DNA of 32,000 nt. Source: Opitutia bacterium KCR 482. Lineage in GTDB: Bacteria > Verrucomicrobiota > Verrucomicrobiia > Opitutales > Intestinicryptomonadaceae. The DNA is taken from NCBI GenBank assembly GCA_029269845.2, contig CP149973.1, positions 270,001 through 302,000 on the forward strand, read 5' to 3'. The notes under the pieces are model-generated. The model was not told the DNA's origin. It ran no database searches and saw only the letters and a list, made by a program, of their open reading frames with translations. The first letter of the stretch is position 1. Every line of letters starts with the position of its first letter. This document shows, piece by piece, positions 1-9,859 of this stretch. The translations under genes and the position numbers were made by a program.

Positions 1-339
1 TTCGTTCCAAAGAGCTGGAAGAACGACAAGCTTGCAATCAAGCTCGGTAAAATCGTGGGCTGCGACGAAATCTACTTCAACGGCGTAAAGCTCGGCGAAT
101 ATACGGGCGACCCGTGGAAGGGCTGGCTGTTTGAACGCAGCTTCGAGCTGCCGTCGGACATCGTGAAATTCGGCGACTACAACACGGTTTCGATATTCGT
201 AAAACAGCCCGTCTCGACGGGCAGAATATCGGGCGGCCCGCTTAAAATCACGCGCGGCGCAAGCGAAAACCAGTACATGCCCAACTACTCCGACGACCAG
301 CACTACGGCGACAGCCCGTTTAGATTCCTCGGCTGGTAA
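1..339 (+). CDS. 3' end of a CDS entering from upstream; C-terminal beta-sandwich (galactose-binding-like) domain of a probable glycoside hydrolase or esterase
   Basis: Frame 1 is open from base 1 to the stop at 337-339. The pattern FVPKSWKNDKLAIKLGKIVGCDEIYFNGVKLGEY resembles the 'F.vP..W.g..v.L.lG.i.d...vyvNG..vG' strand pattern of sugar-binding jelly-roll domains. GC3-rich codon usage matches the rest of the window, and a strong terminator follows. Confidence 0.55.
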   Translation, partial: FVPKSWKNDKLAIKLGKIVGCDEIYFNGVKLGEYTGDPWKGWLFERSFELPSDIVKFGDYNTVSIFVKQPVSTGRISGGPLKITRGASENQYMPNYSDDQHYGDSPFRFLGW

Positions 340-360
340 AACGCGGAAAAAACTTCCGAG

Positions 361-390
361 AGGACGCCCTCAACGGGCGTCCTTTTTTTT
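361..390 (+). terminator. Rho-independent terminator
   Basis: aggacgccc / tcaac / gggcgtcct gives a 9-bp stem and 5-nt loop, followed by T8 (384-390+). Confidence 0.8.
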
Positions 391-512
391 GCGCAAAACC
401 GCCAAAAACCTCGCCCGAAAACGCCAAAAAGGAGCCAGCGCGAAAAAAGTTGAAAAAAAAGCTTTTCAAAAAGAAATATATGGTATTTCTTTCATGCTTT
501 TCTCATCAGGAA

Positions 513-1616
513 ATGGGCGAGTTTTTCGAATTTAAAAATATTGAAAAATACTACGGAGACACGCACGTCGTAAAAAACGTGAGCTTCGGCGTCCGTTGCG
601 GCGAAGTGTTCTCCCTGCTTGGGCCGAGCGGCTGCGGTAAAACCACAATGCTCAGAATCGCGGGCGGCTTCGAAGACCCAGAAAGCGGCGAAGTTTATTT
701 GGACTCCACCAATATTACAGACCTCGCGCCCAACAAGCGCAAAATCAACACGGTTTTCCAAAACTACGCCCTCTTCCCCCACATGAGCATTTGGGACAAC
801 ATCGCGTTCGGCCCGCGCACGGCGGGGCTGCCGGAAAAGGAAGTCTCGAAAAAAGTCGAGAGAATGCTCGAAATCATCCGCCTCGAAGGGCACGGCGACC
901 GCATGCCCAACACAATCAGCGGCGGGCAAAAACAGCGCGTGGCGATAGCGCGCGCGCTCATAAACAACCCCAAACTGCTTCTTCTCGACGAACCGCTCGC
1001 CGCGCTCGACCTCAAACTCCGCCAGTACATGCTGCTTGAGCTTGACCGTATCCACGACGAAGTGGGCACAACCTTTATATACGTCACGCACGACCAGGGC
1101 GAGGCAATGAGCCTTAGCGACAGAATCGCCGTCATGAACAACGGCGTGATAGAGCAAATTGGCACTCCCGCCGAAATCTACGAAAACCCGCGCACAAAGT
1201 TCGTGGCGTCGTTCATCGGCGACACAAACTTCTTCGACGGGAAAATCGTCGGGCAAATCGACGGCGAAAACTGCAAAATCGCGATGGAAGGCTTGGGCGA
1301 ATTTCCGTCGTTCAACGAGCACAGGCTCCTCAACGGCGCGAACGTCACGGTCAGCATACGCCCCGAAAAATTCAGGATTTTCGGAAGCCGCGCCGAAGCC
1401 GAAAACCTCAACGCGGTAGAGGCGGAAGTAATCGACATCGTCTATCAGGGCGCGCAAACGCGCTACTGGGTTCGCGTGAACGACCACCGCATCAACGTGC
1501 TTTCGCAGCACAACCGCTGCTATCTCGACTACAAACAACCCACTTGGGGCGACAAAGTTTGGCTCGCGTGGCACCGCGACGACGTAACAACCATCCCCGC
1601 GGAAAATCCCCATTAG
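513..1616 (+). CDS. potA: Spermidine/putrescine ABC transporter ATP-binding protein
   Basis: Walker A GPSGCGKTT, ABC signature LSGGQKQRVAIARAL, Walker B LLLLDEP, and a C-terminal TOBE-like region. It is followed by two permeases and a binding protein. The ORF-track start (TTG at 450) adds an implausible K/F-rich leader. ATG 513 (MGEFFEFKNIEKYYG) fits the usual N-terminus, but the start remains uncertain. Confidence 0.9.
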   Translation: MGEFFEFKNIEKYYGDTHVVKNVSFGVRCGEVFSLLGPSGCGKTTMLRIAGGFEDPESGEVYLDSTNITDLAPNKRKINTVFQNYALFPHMSIWDNIAFGPRTAGLPEKEVSKKVERMLEIIRLEGHGDRMPNTISGGQKQRVAIARALINNPKLLLLDEPLAALDLKLRQYMLLELDRIHDEVGTTFIYVTHDQGEAMSLSDRIAVMNNGVIEQIGTPAEIYENPRTKFVASFIGDTNFFDGKIVGQIDGENCKIAMEGLGEFPSFNEHRLLNGANVTVSIRPEKFRIFGSRAEAENLNAVEAEVIDIVYQGAQTRYWVRVNDHRINVLSQHNRCYLDYKQPTWGDKVWLAWHRDDVTTIPAENPH

Positions 1617-1626
1617 GTTATAGGAA

Positions 1627-2544
1627 ATGAGCCACGGAATTTCGCATACGGGCGCGAGAAACGCCAACTCCAAACTATCGGAATACTTTCTGACCGCGCC
1701 GTCCCTCCTTTGGTTGTGCCTGTTTTTCGTAATTCCGTCGATTCTGGTGTTCGCGATTGCGTTCCGCACGGCGGACCCGTCGGGCGGCATAGATTCGGGC
1801 TGGACGCTTTCGACAATAGAAAACGTGCTCAAAAACACGTATCTGGGCGTGCTGTGGCGGACGGTCTGGGTAAGCTGCGCGGTGACGGCAATCTGCCTGT
1901 TTTTGGGCATTCCCGTCGGCTACTGGATTGCCCAGCAAAACCCGAAATACCGCTACTGGTTTTTGCTGGTGATAATTATCCCGCTGTGGACGAACTTCCT
2001 GATTAGAATCTTCGCGTGGCGCGTGCTGCTGCACCCCGACGGATTCCTGCGCCACACGCTGATTTGGCTCGGAATAATCCCCGAAGACTTTTTCCTGCTC
2101 AACAACGTGGGGGCTGTGATAATCGTTACGGTCTACACCTGCCTCCCGTTCGCGATTCTGCCGATTTACGCGGCGGCGGAAAAGTTCGACTTCTCCCTGC
2201 TCGAAGCCGCGCGGGACTTGGGCGCGTCGAGGTTCAAGGCGTTCAGGCAGATTTTCATTCCCGGAATCAAACGCGGAATTTTCACGGCGATTCTCGTGGT
2301 GCTAATTCCCGCGCTCGGCTCGTACGCGATTCCCGACCTCGTCGGCGGCGTAGACGGCGAAATGCTCGGCAACAAAATAGCAATCAAGGCGTCGGCATAC
2401 CGCAACCTGCCCGAAGCGGCGGCGTTGGCGGCGTTCCTTTCAATCATCATAACGATACCCGTCTTACTGTTCCTTGTTAAACAGAAACGGCTTATAAAGA
2501 GCATTATCTCAACAAGACGCTCCGCGGGAGACTCCACAAAATGA
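1627..2544 (+). CDS. potB: Polyamine ABC transporter permease
   Basis: Multi-pass hydrophobic protein with the EAA-loop motif LLEAARDLGASRFKAFRQIFIPGI. It lies 10 nt after potA and overlaps potC by 4 nt. Confidence 0.85.
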   Translation: MSHGISHTGARNANSKLSEYFLTAPSLLWLCLFFVIPSILVFAIAFRTADPSGGIDSGWTLSTIENVLKNTYLGVLWRTVWVSCAVTAICLFLGIPVGYWIAQQNPKYRYWFLLVIIIPLWTNFLIRIFAWRVLLHPDGFLRHTLIWLGIIPEDFFLLNNVGAVIIVTVYTCLPFAILPIYAAAEKFDFSLLEAARDLGASRFKAFRQIFIPGIKRGIFTAILVVLIPALGSYAIPDLVGGVDGEMLGNKIAIKASAYRNLPEAAALAAFLSIIITIPVLLFLVKQKRLIKSIISTRRSAGDSTK

Positions 2545-3314
2545 GGACGCGCTACACATCGCTGCTCGTCACGCTGTTCGTGATGGCGTTCATGTATTTG
2601 CCGATTGTAATGCTCGTGGCGCAGTCGTTCAACGCGTCGCGCTACGGCGGCAAATGGCTGGGCTTCTCGCTGAAATGGTACGAGGCGTTGTTTCGGGACT
2701 CGGCGGTAATCAACGCAACGCTCAACACGCTTGTAATCGCCTGCATAGCGACGCTGTTTTCCACGGCAATCGGAACGTGCGCGGCGTGGGTGCTCAACAA
2801 ATACAAAAACTCGCGCATGCAGACAATCCACTACGGGATAGTCTACGCGCCGCTGATTGTGCCCGACGTCCTGATGGGCATAAGCCTGTTGCTGATGTTC
2901 GTGAGCCTGAAAATCCAGCTCGGAATGTTCACGGTTATACTCGCGCACATAACGTTCTGCGTAAGCTTTGTTACGTTCACGGTGCTGGCAAGATTGCAGG
3001 ATTTCGACTTCAACATTATCCAAGCTGCGCAGGACTTGGGCGCGGGGAATTTCAGAATATTCGTGAAAATCCTCATGCCCCTGCTCGGACCGGGGATTGC
3101 GGCGGGCGCAATGATGGCGTTCACGCTTTCGATGGACGACTTCGTTGTGACGTTTTTCGTCGGCGGCCCGGGAAGCACGACGCTTCCCGTCAAGGTGTAC
3201 AGCATGATGAAACACGGCGCGCCCGCGATAATCAACGCGCTGTCGGTAGTGTTCATGGCGCTGACGTTCACGGTGGCGATACTCGGACAGTTCTTTACAA
3301 AAAAGAAATTTTAG
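2541..3314 (+). CDS. potC: Polyamine ABC transporter permease
   Basis: Hydrophobic protein with the EAA-loop motif IIQAAQDLGAGNFRIFVKILMPLLGPGI. Its start overlaps the potB stop (ATGA at 2541-2544). Confidence 0.85.
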   Translation: MRTRYTSLLVTLFVMAFMYLPIVMLVAQSFNASRYGGKWLGFSLKWYEALFRDSAVINATLNTLVIACIATLFSTAIGTCAAWVLNKYKNSRMQTIHYGIVYAPLIVPDVLMGISLLLMFVSLKIQLGMFTVILAHITFCVSFVTFTVLARLQDFDFNIIQAAQDLGAGNFRIFVKILMPLLGPGIAAGAMMAFTLSMDDFVVTFFVGGPGSTTLPVKVYSMMKHGAPAIINALSVVFMALTFTVAILGQFFTKKKF

Positions 3315-3378
3315 GACAATTTTTCGACCCTTTTTTAACCCCTAAACAAAGAACAAATAGAGGAAAAAATAAAAGGAA

Positions 3379-4422
3379 ATGAAGAAATACATAACAGCAT
3401 CTGCGGTTGCGATTGCAACAATCGCGTGCGCGTTAATCTCGGGCTGCGGGCCCGCAAAGCCCGCGCTCAACGTCTATATGTGGTCGGACTATATAGACAT
3501 GGACTTGGTTCGGGAGTTCGAAAAGCAGAACGACTGTAAAGTCGTCATCGACATTTTCGACTCGAACGAATTTATGTATTCGAAACTCAAAGCGGGCGGC
3601 ACGGGCTACGACGTAATCCTGCCTACCACCTACATGGCGAAGGTTATGTTCGACCAGAACATGCTCGAAAAGCTCGACCATTCCAAGCTTCCCAATTTGA
3701 AGTATATCAACCCCAAGTACCTTGCAGACTTGGCGTTGGACAAAAAGATGGAGTACAGCGTGCCATACATGCTCGGCTTCACCTGCGTTGCCTACAACAA
3801 GGAAAAATGCGGCACGCTCCCCGAAACTTGGGACGTGTTCTCGAACGAAAAATTCGCGGGCAAAATGACGCTGCTCAACGACCACCGCGAAACAATCGGC
3901 GCCGCCCTCTTCTTCCTCGGCAAAAGCATGAACGACACAAACGACGCCGACCTGGCGAAGGCGAAGGAAGTTCTGCTCAAATGGAAAAAGAACCTCGCGA
4001 AATTCGACAACGAGCTGTATAAAGTCGGAATCCAGTCGGGCGAATTTCTCGTCGTACAGGGATACAGCGGCGACCTCTTCCAAGTGTTCGCCGAAGCCCC
4101 GAACCTCACCTACATGTGCCCGAAGGAAGGCATTTCCATGAGCTGCGACGACTGGGTTATCCCCGCGACGGCAAAGAACAAGGAGCTTGCCTACAAGTTC
4201 ATCAACTTTATATGCGACCCCAAGAACGCCGCCAAGAATATGGAATTCACCTGTTATAGCGCGCCCATTCCCGAAGCCCGCAAATACGTCTCCGAGGAAA
4301 ACAAAAACCACCCCGGAATGTTCCTCCCCGACGATCTCTACAAACGCGGCGAACTTATCCGCGACTTGGGCGAGGACAACGCCAAATTCAACGCCCTTTG
4401 GGACGCAGTAAAAGGCAACTAA
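3379..4422 (+). CDS. potD: Polyamine-binding periplasmic lipoprotein (PotD/PotF family)
   Basis: Signal peptide with lipobox (ALISGCG). NVYMWSDYIDMDLVREFEKQ is typical of PotD-type solute-binding proteins, and it is the last gene of the pot block. Confidence 0.85.
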   Translation: MKKYITASAVAIATIACALISGCGPAKPALNVYMWSDYIDMDLVREFEKQNDCKVVIDIFDSNEFMYSKLKAGGTGYDVILPTTYMAKVMFDQNMLEKLDHSKLPNLKYINPKYLADLALDKKMEYSVPYMLGFTCVAYNKEKCGTLPETWDVFSNEKFAGKMTLLNDHRETIGAALFFLGKSMNDTNDADLAKAKEVLLKWKKNLAKFDNELYKVGIQSGEFLVVQGYSGDLFQVFAEAPNLTYMCPKEGISMSCDDWVIPATAKNKELAYKFINFICDPKNAAKNMEFTCYSAPIPEARKYVSEENKNHPGMFLPDDLYKRGELIRDLGEDNAKFNALWDAVKGN

Positions 4423-4440
4423 GCTTCACACAAAGCCAAA

Positions 4441-4473
4441 CGCGGAGCGCAACAACGCCCCGCGTTTTTTTTT
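4441..4473 (+). terminator. Rho-independent terminator after potD
   Basis: cgcgg-a-gcg / caacaa / cgc-c-ccgcg stem followed by T9 (4465-4473). Confidence 0.75.
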
Positions 4474-4565
4474 GCGGGCAATAAATTCCGCAAAAAATTT
4501 TCATATAGACTTGCCAAGCCCGAACACTTGGCGAAAATAGGAAAGATAATCGATAACCAATCTTT

Positions 4566-6482
4566 ATGAGCGATTCTATCAAACACGAATGCGGCATTGC
4601 TTTAATCAGGCTTTTGAAGCCCCTAAAATACTATAAAGACAAATACGACGACCCGATTTACGGATTCCACAAGCTGTTTCTGCTCATGGAAAAACAGCAT
4701 AACCGCGGGCAGGACGGCGCGGGCATCGGCGCGGTGAAAATCGGCGTAGAACCCGGTCAGAACTACATCTACCGCGAAAGAAACGCAAAGCCCAACGGCC
4801 TCTCCGAAATCTTTACGGACCAGTTCGAGAAATACGCCGAAAACATCAAGAAAGGGATAATCCACCCCGAATTTATCGACACCGTCAAGGCGAATTTCGA
4901 CTACGCCGCGGAACTGCTTATCGGACACCTCCGCTACGGAACAAGCGGATCGTACCACAAAAGCAGCTGCCACCCCTTCTTCCGCAAAAGCACGTGGCCG
5001 GCGCGAAACCTCATGCTCGTGGGCAACTTCAACATCACGAACACGGAAGAGCTTAACAACGACCTTATCGAACGCGGAATCCACCCCGTTTTCAGCACAG
5101 ACACTCAGGCGATTTTGGAGGAAATCTGCTTCCAGCTCGACATCGAACACGCCGAAATCTACCGCGAACTCCGCGACGAGGGAATCGCGGGCGAGGACAT
5201 TCTGCGCATGATGAACGAACGCCTAAACCCGCTGAGAATCGTAAGCAACGCAGCAAAGACGTGGGACGGCGGCTACACAATCGCGGGGGCAATCGGCAAC
5301 GGAGACGCTTTTGTTTTGCGCGACGCAAACGGCATACGCCCGTGCTTCTACTATAAAAACGACGAACTCATAGCTTTCGCCTCGGAAAGAGTCCCGCTGA
5401 TGACGGTCTTCGAAGCGGAGGAGGAGGACATCAAGGAAGTCGCCCCGGGAAACGTTTTCGTTATGAAATGCGACGGCACATGCTACGAACACTCGTACCG
5501 CAAGGCGGGCGAAAGGAAGTCGTGCACGTTCGAGCGCATTTATTTCTCGCGCGGCAACGACCCCCAAATTTATCGGGAAAGAAAGGCTCTCGGCGCAGCT
5601 CTCTGCCCGAAACTCATAGAGTCAATCGACAACGATTTCAAACACGCGGTGTTCAGCTATATCCCGAACACGGCGGAAACCGCATACTACGGAATGATGA
5701 GCGGGCTTAGGGTAATCCGCCGGCAGGAAGTCAGGGACGAACTCCTCGAACTCGCGAAATCGGACAGACCGCTCACGCCCGAAATCATCGAAAAACTGGT
5801 GATGGACAACTGGCCGCGCGGCGAGAAAATCGCGCATAAAGACATCAAACTGCGCACGTTCATATCGCAGGAGAAAGACCGCACGCAGCTGGCGTCGCAC
5901 GTCTACGACATCACCTACGGCGTGGTCTCGCCCAAAGACGTGCTCGTCTGCCTTGACGACTCCATCGTGCGCGGCACAACCCTCAAACGCCAAATTTTGA
6001 GGATTCTCAGCCGCACGAACCCGAAGAAAATCGTCATCGCCTCCACCGCTCCGCAAATCAGATACCCCGACTGCTACGGCATCGACATGAGCGAAATAGG
6101 CAAGTTCATCGCATTTCAGGCGGCGATTAAACTGCTCAAAGAAACGGGCAATTCGGAGGTCGTAAAAGAGGTTTACAGGCTCTGCGTGGAGCAGAAAGAC
6201 AAGCCCGCAAACGAAATGGTAAACCACGTCCGCAAAATCTACGACAGATTTACCGACGACGAAATCACCAAAAAGGTAAGCGAACTCGTCTACCCGAAAA
6301 ACGTGGAATGGAACGGCGAAGTGGAAATCGTCTTCCAGACTATCGAAGACCTCCACAAGTCGATTACATCGTGCACGGGCGACTGGTATTTCACGGGAGA
6401 CTACCCCACCCCCGGCGGATACAAAGTGCTCAACAACGCTTTCATAAACTACTACGAAAATCGGGAAGGCCGCAGCTACTAA
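4566..6482 (+). CDS. purF: Amidophosphoribosyltransferase (long form, about 638 aa)
   Basis: Ntn-amidotransferase N-terminus with the catalytic Cys (MSDSIKHECGIALIRL), HLRYGTSG, and the PRTase motif VLVCLDDSIVRGTTLK. Confidence 0.9.
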   Translation: MSDSIKHECGIALIRLLKPLKYYKDKYDDPIYGFHKLFLLMEKQHNRGQDGAGIGAVKIGVEPGQNYIYRERNAKPNGLSEIFTDQFEKYAENIKKGIIHPEFIDTVKANFDYAAELLIGHLRYGTSGSYHKSSCHPFFRKSTWPARNLMLVGNFNITNTEELNNDLIERGIHPVFSTDTQAILEEICFQLDIEHAEIYRELRDEGIAGEDILRMMNERLNPLRIVSNAAKTWDGGYTIAGAIGNGDAFVLRDANGIRPCFYYKNDELIAFASERVPLMTVFEAEEEDIKEVAPGNVFVMKCDGTCYEHSYRKAGERKSCTFERIYFSRGNDPQIYRERKALGAALCPKLIESIDNDFKHAVFSYIPNTAETAYYGMMSGLRVIRRQEVRDELLELAKSDRPLTPEIIEKLVMDNWPRGEKIAHKDIKLRTFISQEKDRTQLASHVYDITYGVVSPKDVLVCLDDSIVRGTTLKRQILRILSRTNPKKIVIASTAPQIRYPDCYGIDMSEIGKFIAFQAAIKLLKETGNSEVVKEVYRLCVEQKDKPANEMVNHVRKIYDRFTDDEITKKVSELVYPKNVEWNGEVEIVFQTIEDLHKSITSCTGDWYFTGDYPTPGGYKVLNNAFINYYENREGRSY

Positions 6483-6516
6483 CACGGCGGCGGCTCGCGC
6501 CGACAGCGTAAATAAG

Positions 6517-8064
6517 ATGAAAAGCGACAGTAAAATCGCCGATTTTTCGTGGCACGGCGGACGGGCTTCGGGCGTGTTTCTACACATATCGTCGCTGCCG
6601 TCCGAATACGGAATCGGAAACATCGGAAGCGCGGCCGACGCGTTTTTGGACTTCCTCGAAAAATCGGGAATGACGTGGTGGCAGATTTGCCCCTTGGGCC
6701 CTACGGGCTACGGAGACTCGCCCTACCAGTCGTTCTCGACATTCGCGGGCAACCCGTATTTTATCGACCTTTCGGAGCTTGTCGAAAAGGGATTGCTTGA
6801 AGAGTCGGAACTCGAACCGCTCAAAAAACTCCCGCGCGACAGGTGCGACTACGGCGCAATCTACAACAACGTGCCCGCCCTGCTGCGCCGCGCCGCATCG
6901 CGCTGGAAGGCGTCGAAACCCGACGGAAAAAAGTTCGAAAAATTCTGCGCCGAAAACGCCGACTGGCTCGACGCCTACGCGCTTTTCACCGCCCTCAAAC
7001 GCGAATTCGGCGGCAAGCCGTGGTACGGGTGGGGCAAAAAATCCGCAAACTACCACTCGGCAAAAAACGCGGAAATCTCCGATGGGGCGCGGGAGGAGGA
7101 GTTCGCCGCAAAATTCGCGCAGTGGGTGTTCTTCGACCAGTTCGAACGCTTCAAGGCAAAGGCGAAAAAGGCGGGAATAGGCATTTTCGGAGACCTGCCG
7201 ATTTTCGTCGCCCACGACAGCGCGGACGTATGGGGCAACGCCGAAATTTTCGAGCTTAACAAAGACGGCACGGCGCGGAACGTCGCGGGGGTAGGCCCCG
7301 ACTATTTTTCGGCGGACGGACAGCTCTGGGGCAACCCGCTCTACGACTGGAAAAACAAAAAGGCGGAAGTCTACGAATTTTGGCGCAGGCGCGTGGCTGC
7401 CGCGGCGAATATGTACGACGCAATCAGGTTCGACCATTTCAGGGGTTTTGCAGACTACTGGTCGATTCCCGCAAAAGCCGCCGACGCCCGCAAGGGTTCG
7501 TGGAAAATCGGGCCCGGGGTCGATTTCTTCAACTTTCTGAAAAGGCATTTCCCCGACGAAAAGTTCGTCGCCGAAGACCTCGGGCTGCTCTCGGAACGCG
7601 CATGCAATTTGCGCGACAGCCTGAAAATTCCAGCAATGGCGGTAATGCAGTTCGCGTTCGGAAGCGACGCGTCGAACCCGTATTTTCCGCACAACGTCAA
7701 GCGCGACTGCGTGTACTACACTGGCACGCACGACAACGACACCGCGTGCGGCTGGTACGCGTCGGCGGACGAAAAGGCGAAAGACCAGCTGCGCCGCTAC
7801 TTCCGCTCGGCGGGCGACGTTCCCAACTGGGACATGATACACGCGGTAATGCTGAGCGTGGCGCGCCTTGCGGTAGTCCCGATGCAGGACATTCTGGGGC
7901 TGCCGTCAAGCTGCCGCTTTAATACCCCCGGGAATCCCGACGGCAACTGGCAGTGGCGCATGACCGCCGAAAGCTTGGAGCTTGCAAAATCCCAAAACTC
8001 GCCCTATTTGAAATCGCTGGCTGTTTTGGGAGGCAGATTTGCCGAAAATAATGTTGAAAAATAG
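6517..8064 (+). CDS. malQ: 4-alpha-glucanotransferase (amylomaltase, GH77)
   Basis: GVFLHISSLPSEYGIGNIG, GQLWGNPLYDW, IRFDHFRGF, VAEDLG and YTGTHDNDT are all classic GH77 motifs. Confidence 0.9.
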   Translation: MKSDSKIADFSWHGGRASGVFLHISSLPSEYGIGNIGSAADAFLDFLEKSGMTWWQICPLGPTGYGDSPYQSFSTFAGNPYFIDLSELVEKGLLEESELEPLKKLPRDRCDYGAIYNNVPALLRRAASRWKASKPDGKKFEKFCAENADWLDAYALFTALKREFGGKPWYGWGKKSANYHSAKNAEISDGAREEEFAAKFAQWVFFDQFERFKAKAKKAGIGIFGDLPIFVAHDSADVWGNAEIFELNKDGTARNVAGVGPDYFSADGQLWGNPLYDWKNKKAEVYEFWRRRVAAAANMYDAIRFDHFRGFADYWSIPAKAADARKGSWKIGPGVDFFNFLKRHFPDEKFVAEDLGLLSERACNLRDSLKIPAMAVMQFAFGSDASNPYFPHNVKRDCVYYTGTHDNDTACGWYASADEKAKDQLRRYFRSAGDVPNWDMIHAVMLSVARLAVVPMQDILGLPSSCRFNTPGNPDGNWQWRMTAESLELAKSQNSPYLKSLAVLGGRFAENNVEK

Positions 8065-8088
8065 AACCGTCGAAAAAAAATAAAGACA

Positions 8089-9858
8089 ATGAGCGAAAAA
8101 CATCAACAGGCGGAACGCGAGTTAAAGGGATTGCCCGTGTCGAAAGGCATAGCGCAGGGCGAGGCGTTCGTTATGTTGAGACGCGAACTCGATACGCCCG
8201 TATACGAAATCCGCGACTCCGACAAACCCGCGGAAATCGAACGCTTCCAAAACGCAATCCTCAAAACCCGCGCCGACATACAGCAGATAAAATCGGAGCT
8301 GTCCGAAACGGTCGGCGACGCGGAATCGGGAATTTTCGACGCGCACCTGCTTGTGCTCGAAGACGTGGCAATCATGCAGGAAACGCTCGCGACGTTCCAA
8401 AAGGAGCATTTCAACATCGAGTACTGCTACTCGAACGTAATCAACAAATTCATCGACGCGTTTGAGAAAATAGACGACTCGTTTATCCGCGAAAGAATCT
8501 GCGACCTCAAAGACGTGTCGCGGCGCGTGATAGCAAACATGCTGGGAATCGAGACGTCGAAAATCGGCGCGCTTTCCGACCCGCTGATTCTTGTAAGCTC
8601 CGACTTCGCGCCGTCGGACTTCGCGCTCGTAGACAAGAGCAAAATCCTTGCAATCGTTACGGAAAAAGGCTCGCAGACAAGCCACACGGCGATTCTCTCG
8701 CGCTCGCTCGGCATTCCGTGCATTGTGGGCGTGGACGGCGTTGCCGACAAAATTTCGTCGGGCGAATTCCTGCTGGTTGACGGCTACAACGGAAACGTCG
8801 TTGTGAACCCGTCGCGCGACACGCTCTGCCACTTCACGGAAATAGAGTCGGTGCACCGCGAAATCCAAAAGGTTTTCGACACGTCGCTGCCCTACCCCTC
8901 GATAACCTCCGACGGCAAGGAATTCAAAATAGAGCTTAACATAAGCTCCGCAGCCGACATTCCCGAAGGCGCAATGAGCTACTGCGACGGCGTCGGGCTT
9001 CTGCGCACCGAAAACTTTTTCCTCGACAGCGGCTCGTTCCCCGACGAGGACGCGCAGTTCGAGGTCTACAAAAACGCGGCGGTCGCCGCATGCGGCAAAC
9101 CTATAACAATCCGCACGCTCGACCTCGGCGGAGACAAAAACCTGAACCTCATGAAAATGGTAAACAAAGAGGAAAATCCGTTCATGGGGTACAGGGCAAT
9201 CAGGTTCTGCCTCGACCACAAGGACATTTTCCTCACGCAGCTGAAAGCAATACTCAGGGCGAGCGCGTTCGGCAAAGTGAAAATCATGCTGCCGATGATA
9301 AACTCGATTCGCGAGGTCGAACGCTCGCGCGTGCTGATTGAGCAGGCGAAGGACGAGCTTGCGGCGGCGGGAATAGCCTTCGACAAAAACATTCAAGTCG
9401 GCGCAATGATTGAAGTTCCGAGCGCGGCAATTACAGCCGACATCATCTGCGACGTCTGCGATTTCATAAGCATCGGCACGAACGACCTTATCCAATACAT
9501 TCTGGCGGTTGACCGCGTTAACGACATGGTAGCCTACCTCTACGAGCCTACCCACCCCGCGGTAATCCGCACGCTCGACATGGTTGTATCGGCGGCGCAA
9601 AGGGCGAACATTCCCGTATGCGTCTGCGGAGAGCTTGCGGCAGACCCGATTTTCGCGCCGCTTCTGCTCGGCATGGGCGTTAGCGAGTTCAGCATGAGTC
9701 CGAAGGCGGTCAACGAAATCAAATTTTTGCTGAGAAAAACGAAATATGAAACCGCCCGCGCGCTCAGAAACGAAATACTTTCGCTCAAACGCGCGCGGCA
9801 CATCGTAAGCAGGCTGCGCACGTTCCACTACGAATCAATGCAGCCGTATCTTAAATAG
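8089..9858 (+). CDS. ptsI: Phosphoenolpyruvate-protein phosphotransferase (PTS enzyme I)
   Basis: Phospho-His region GSQTSHTAILSRSLGIPCIVG, PEP-utiliser TIM-barrel motifs FISIGTNDLIQY and VCVCGELAADP. No HPr or EII gene is adjacent. Confidence 0.9.
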   Translation: MSEKHQQAERELKGLPVSKGIAQGEAFVMLRRELDTPVYEIRDSDKPAEIERFQNAILKTRADIQQIKSELSETVGDAESGIFDAHLLVLEDVAIMQETLATFQKEHFNIEYCYSNVINKFIDAFEKIDDSFIRERICDLKDVSRRVIANMLGIETSKIGALSDPLILVSSDFAPSDFALVDKSKILAIVTEKGSQTSHTAILSRSLGIPCIVGVDGVADKISSGEFLLVDGYNGNVVVNPSRDTLCHFTEIESVHREIQKVFDTSLPYPSITSDGKEFKIELNISSAADIPEGAMSYCDGVGLLRTENFFLDSGSFPDEDAQFEVYKNAAVAACGKPITIRTLDLGGDKNLNLMKMVNKEENPFMGYRAIRFCLDHKDIFLTQLKAILRASAFGKVKIMLPMINSIREVERSRVLIEQAKDELAAAGIAFDKNIQVGAMIEVPSAAITADIICDVCDFISIGTNDLIQYILAVDRVNDMVAYLYEPTHPAVIRTLDMVVSAAQRANIPVCVCGELAADPIFAPLLLGMGVSEFSMSPKAVNEIKFLLRKTKYETARALRNEILSLKRARHIVSRLRTFHYESMQPYLK

Positions 9859-9859
9859 C

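Noticed and set aside
472-512. Small hairpins (agaaata-tatgg-tatttct; aaaagctttt palindrome) in the potA leader as a possible polyamine-responsive element
   Set aside because: These are short AT-rich stems with no recognisable riboswitch architecture. They may even lie inside the coding region if an upstream start is used, so the evidence is insufficient.
492-1910. 472-aa ORF on the minus strand, antisense to potA/potB
   Set aside because: It is a shadow ORF. It is exactly antisense to genes with unambiguous ABC-transporter motifs. Its R/A/V/F/H-rich low-complexity composition is typical of the reverse frame of GC3-rich genes.
5622-6623. 333-aa minus-strand ORF antisense to purF
   Set aside because: Shadow ORF of a confidently identified gene, with no recognisable motif.
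6580-7842. 420-aa minus-strand ORF antisense to malQ
   Set aside because: Shadow ORF. The GH77 motifs on the + strand are unambiguous.
8122-9828. 568-aa minus-strand ORF antisense to ptsI
   Set aside because: Shadow ORF with R/V/F/E-rich composition and no motifs.
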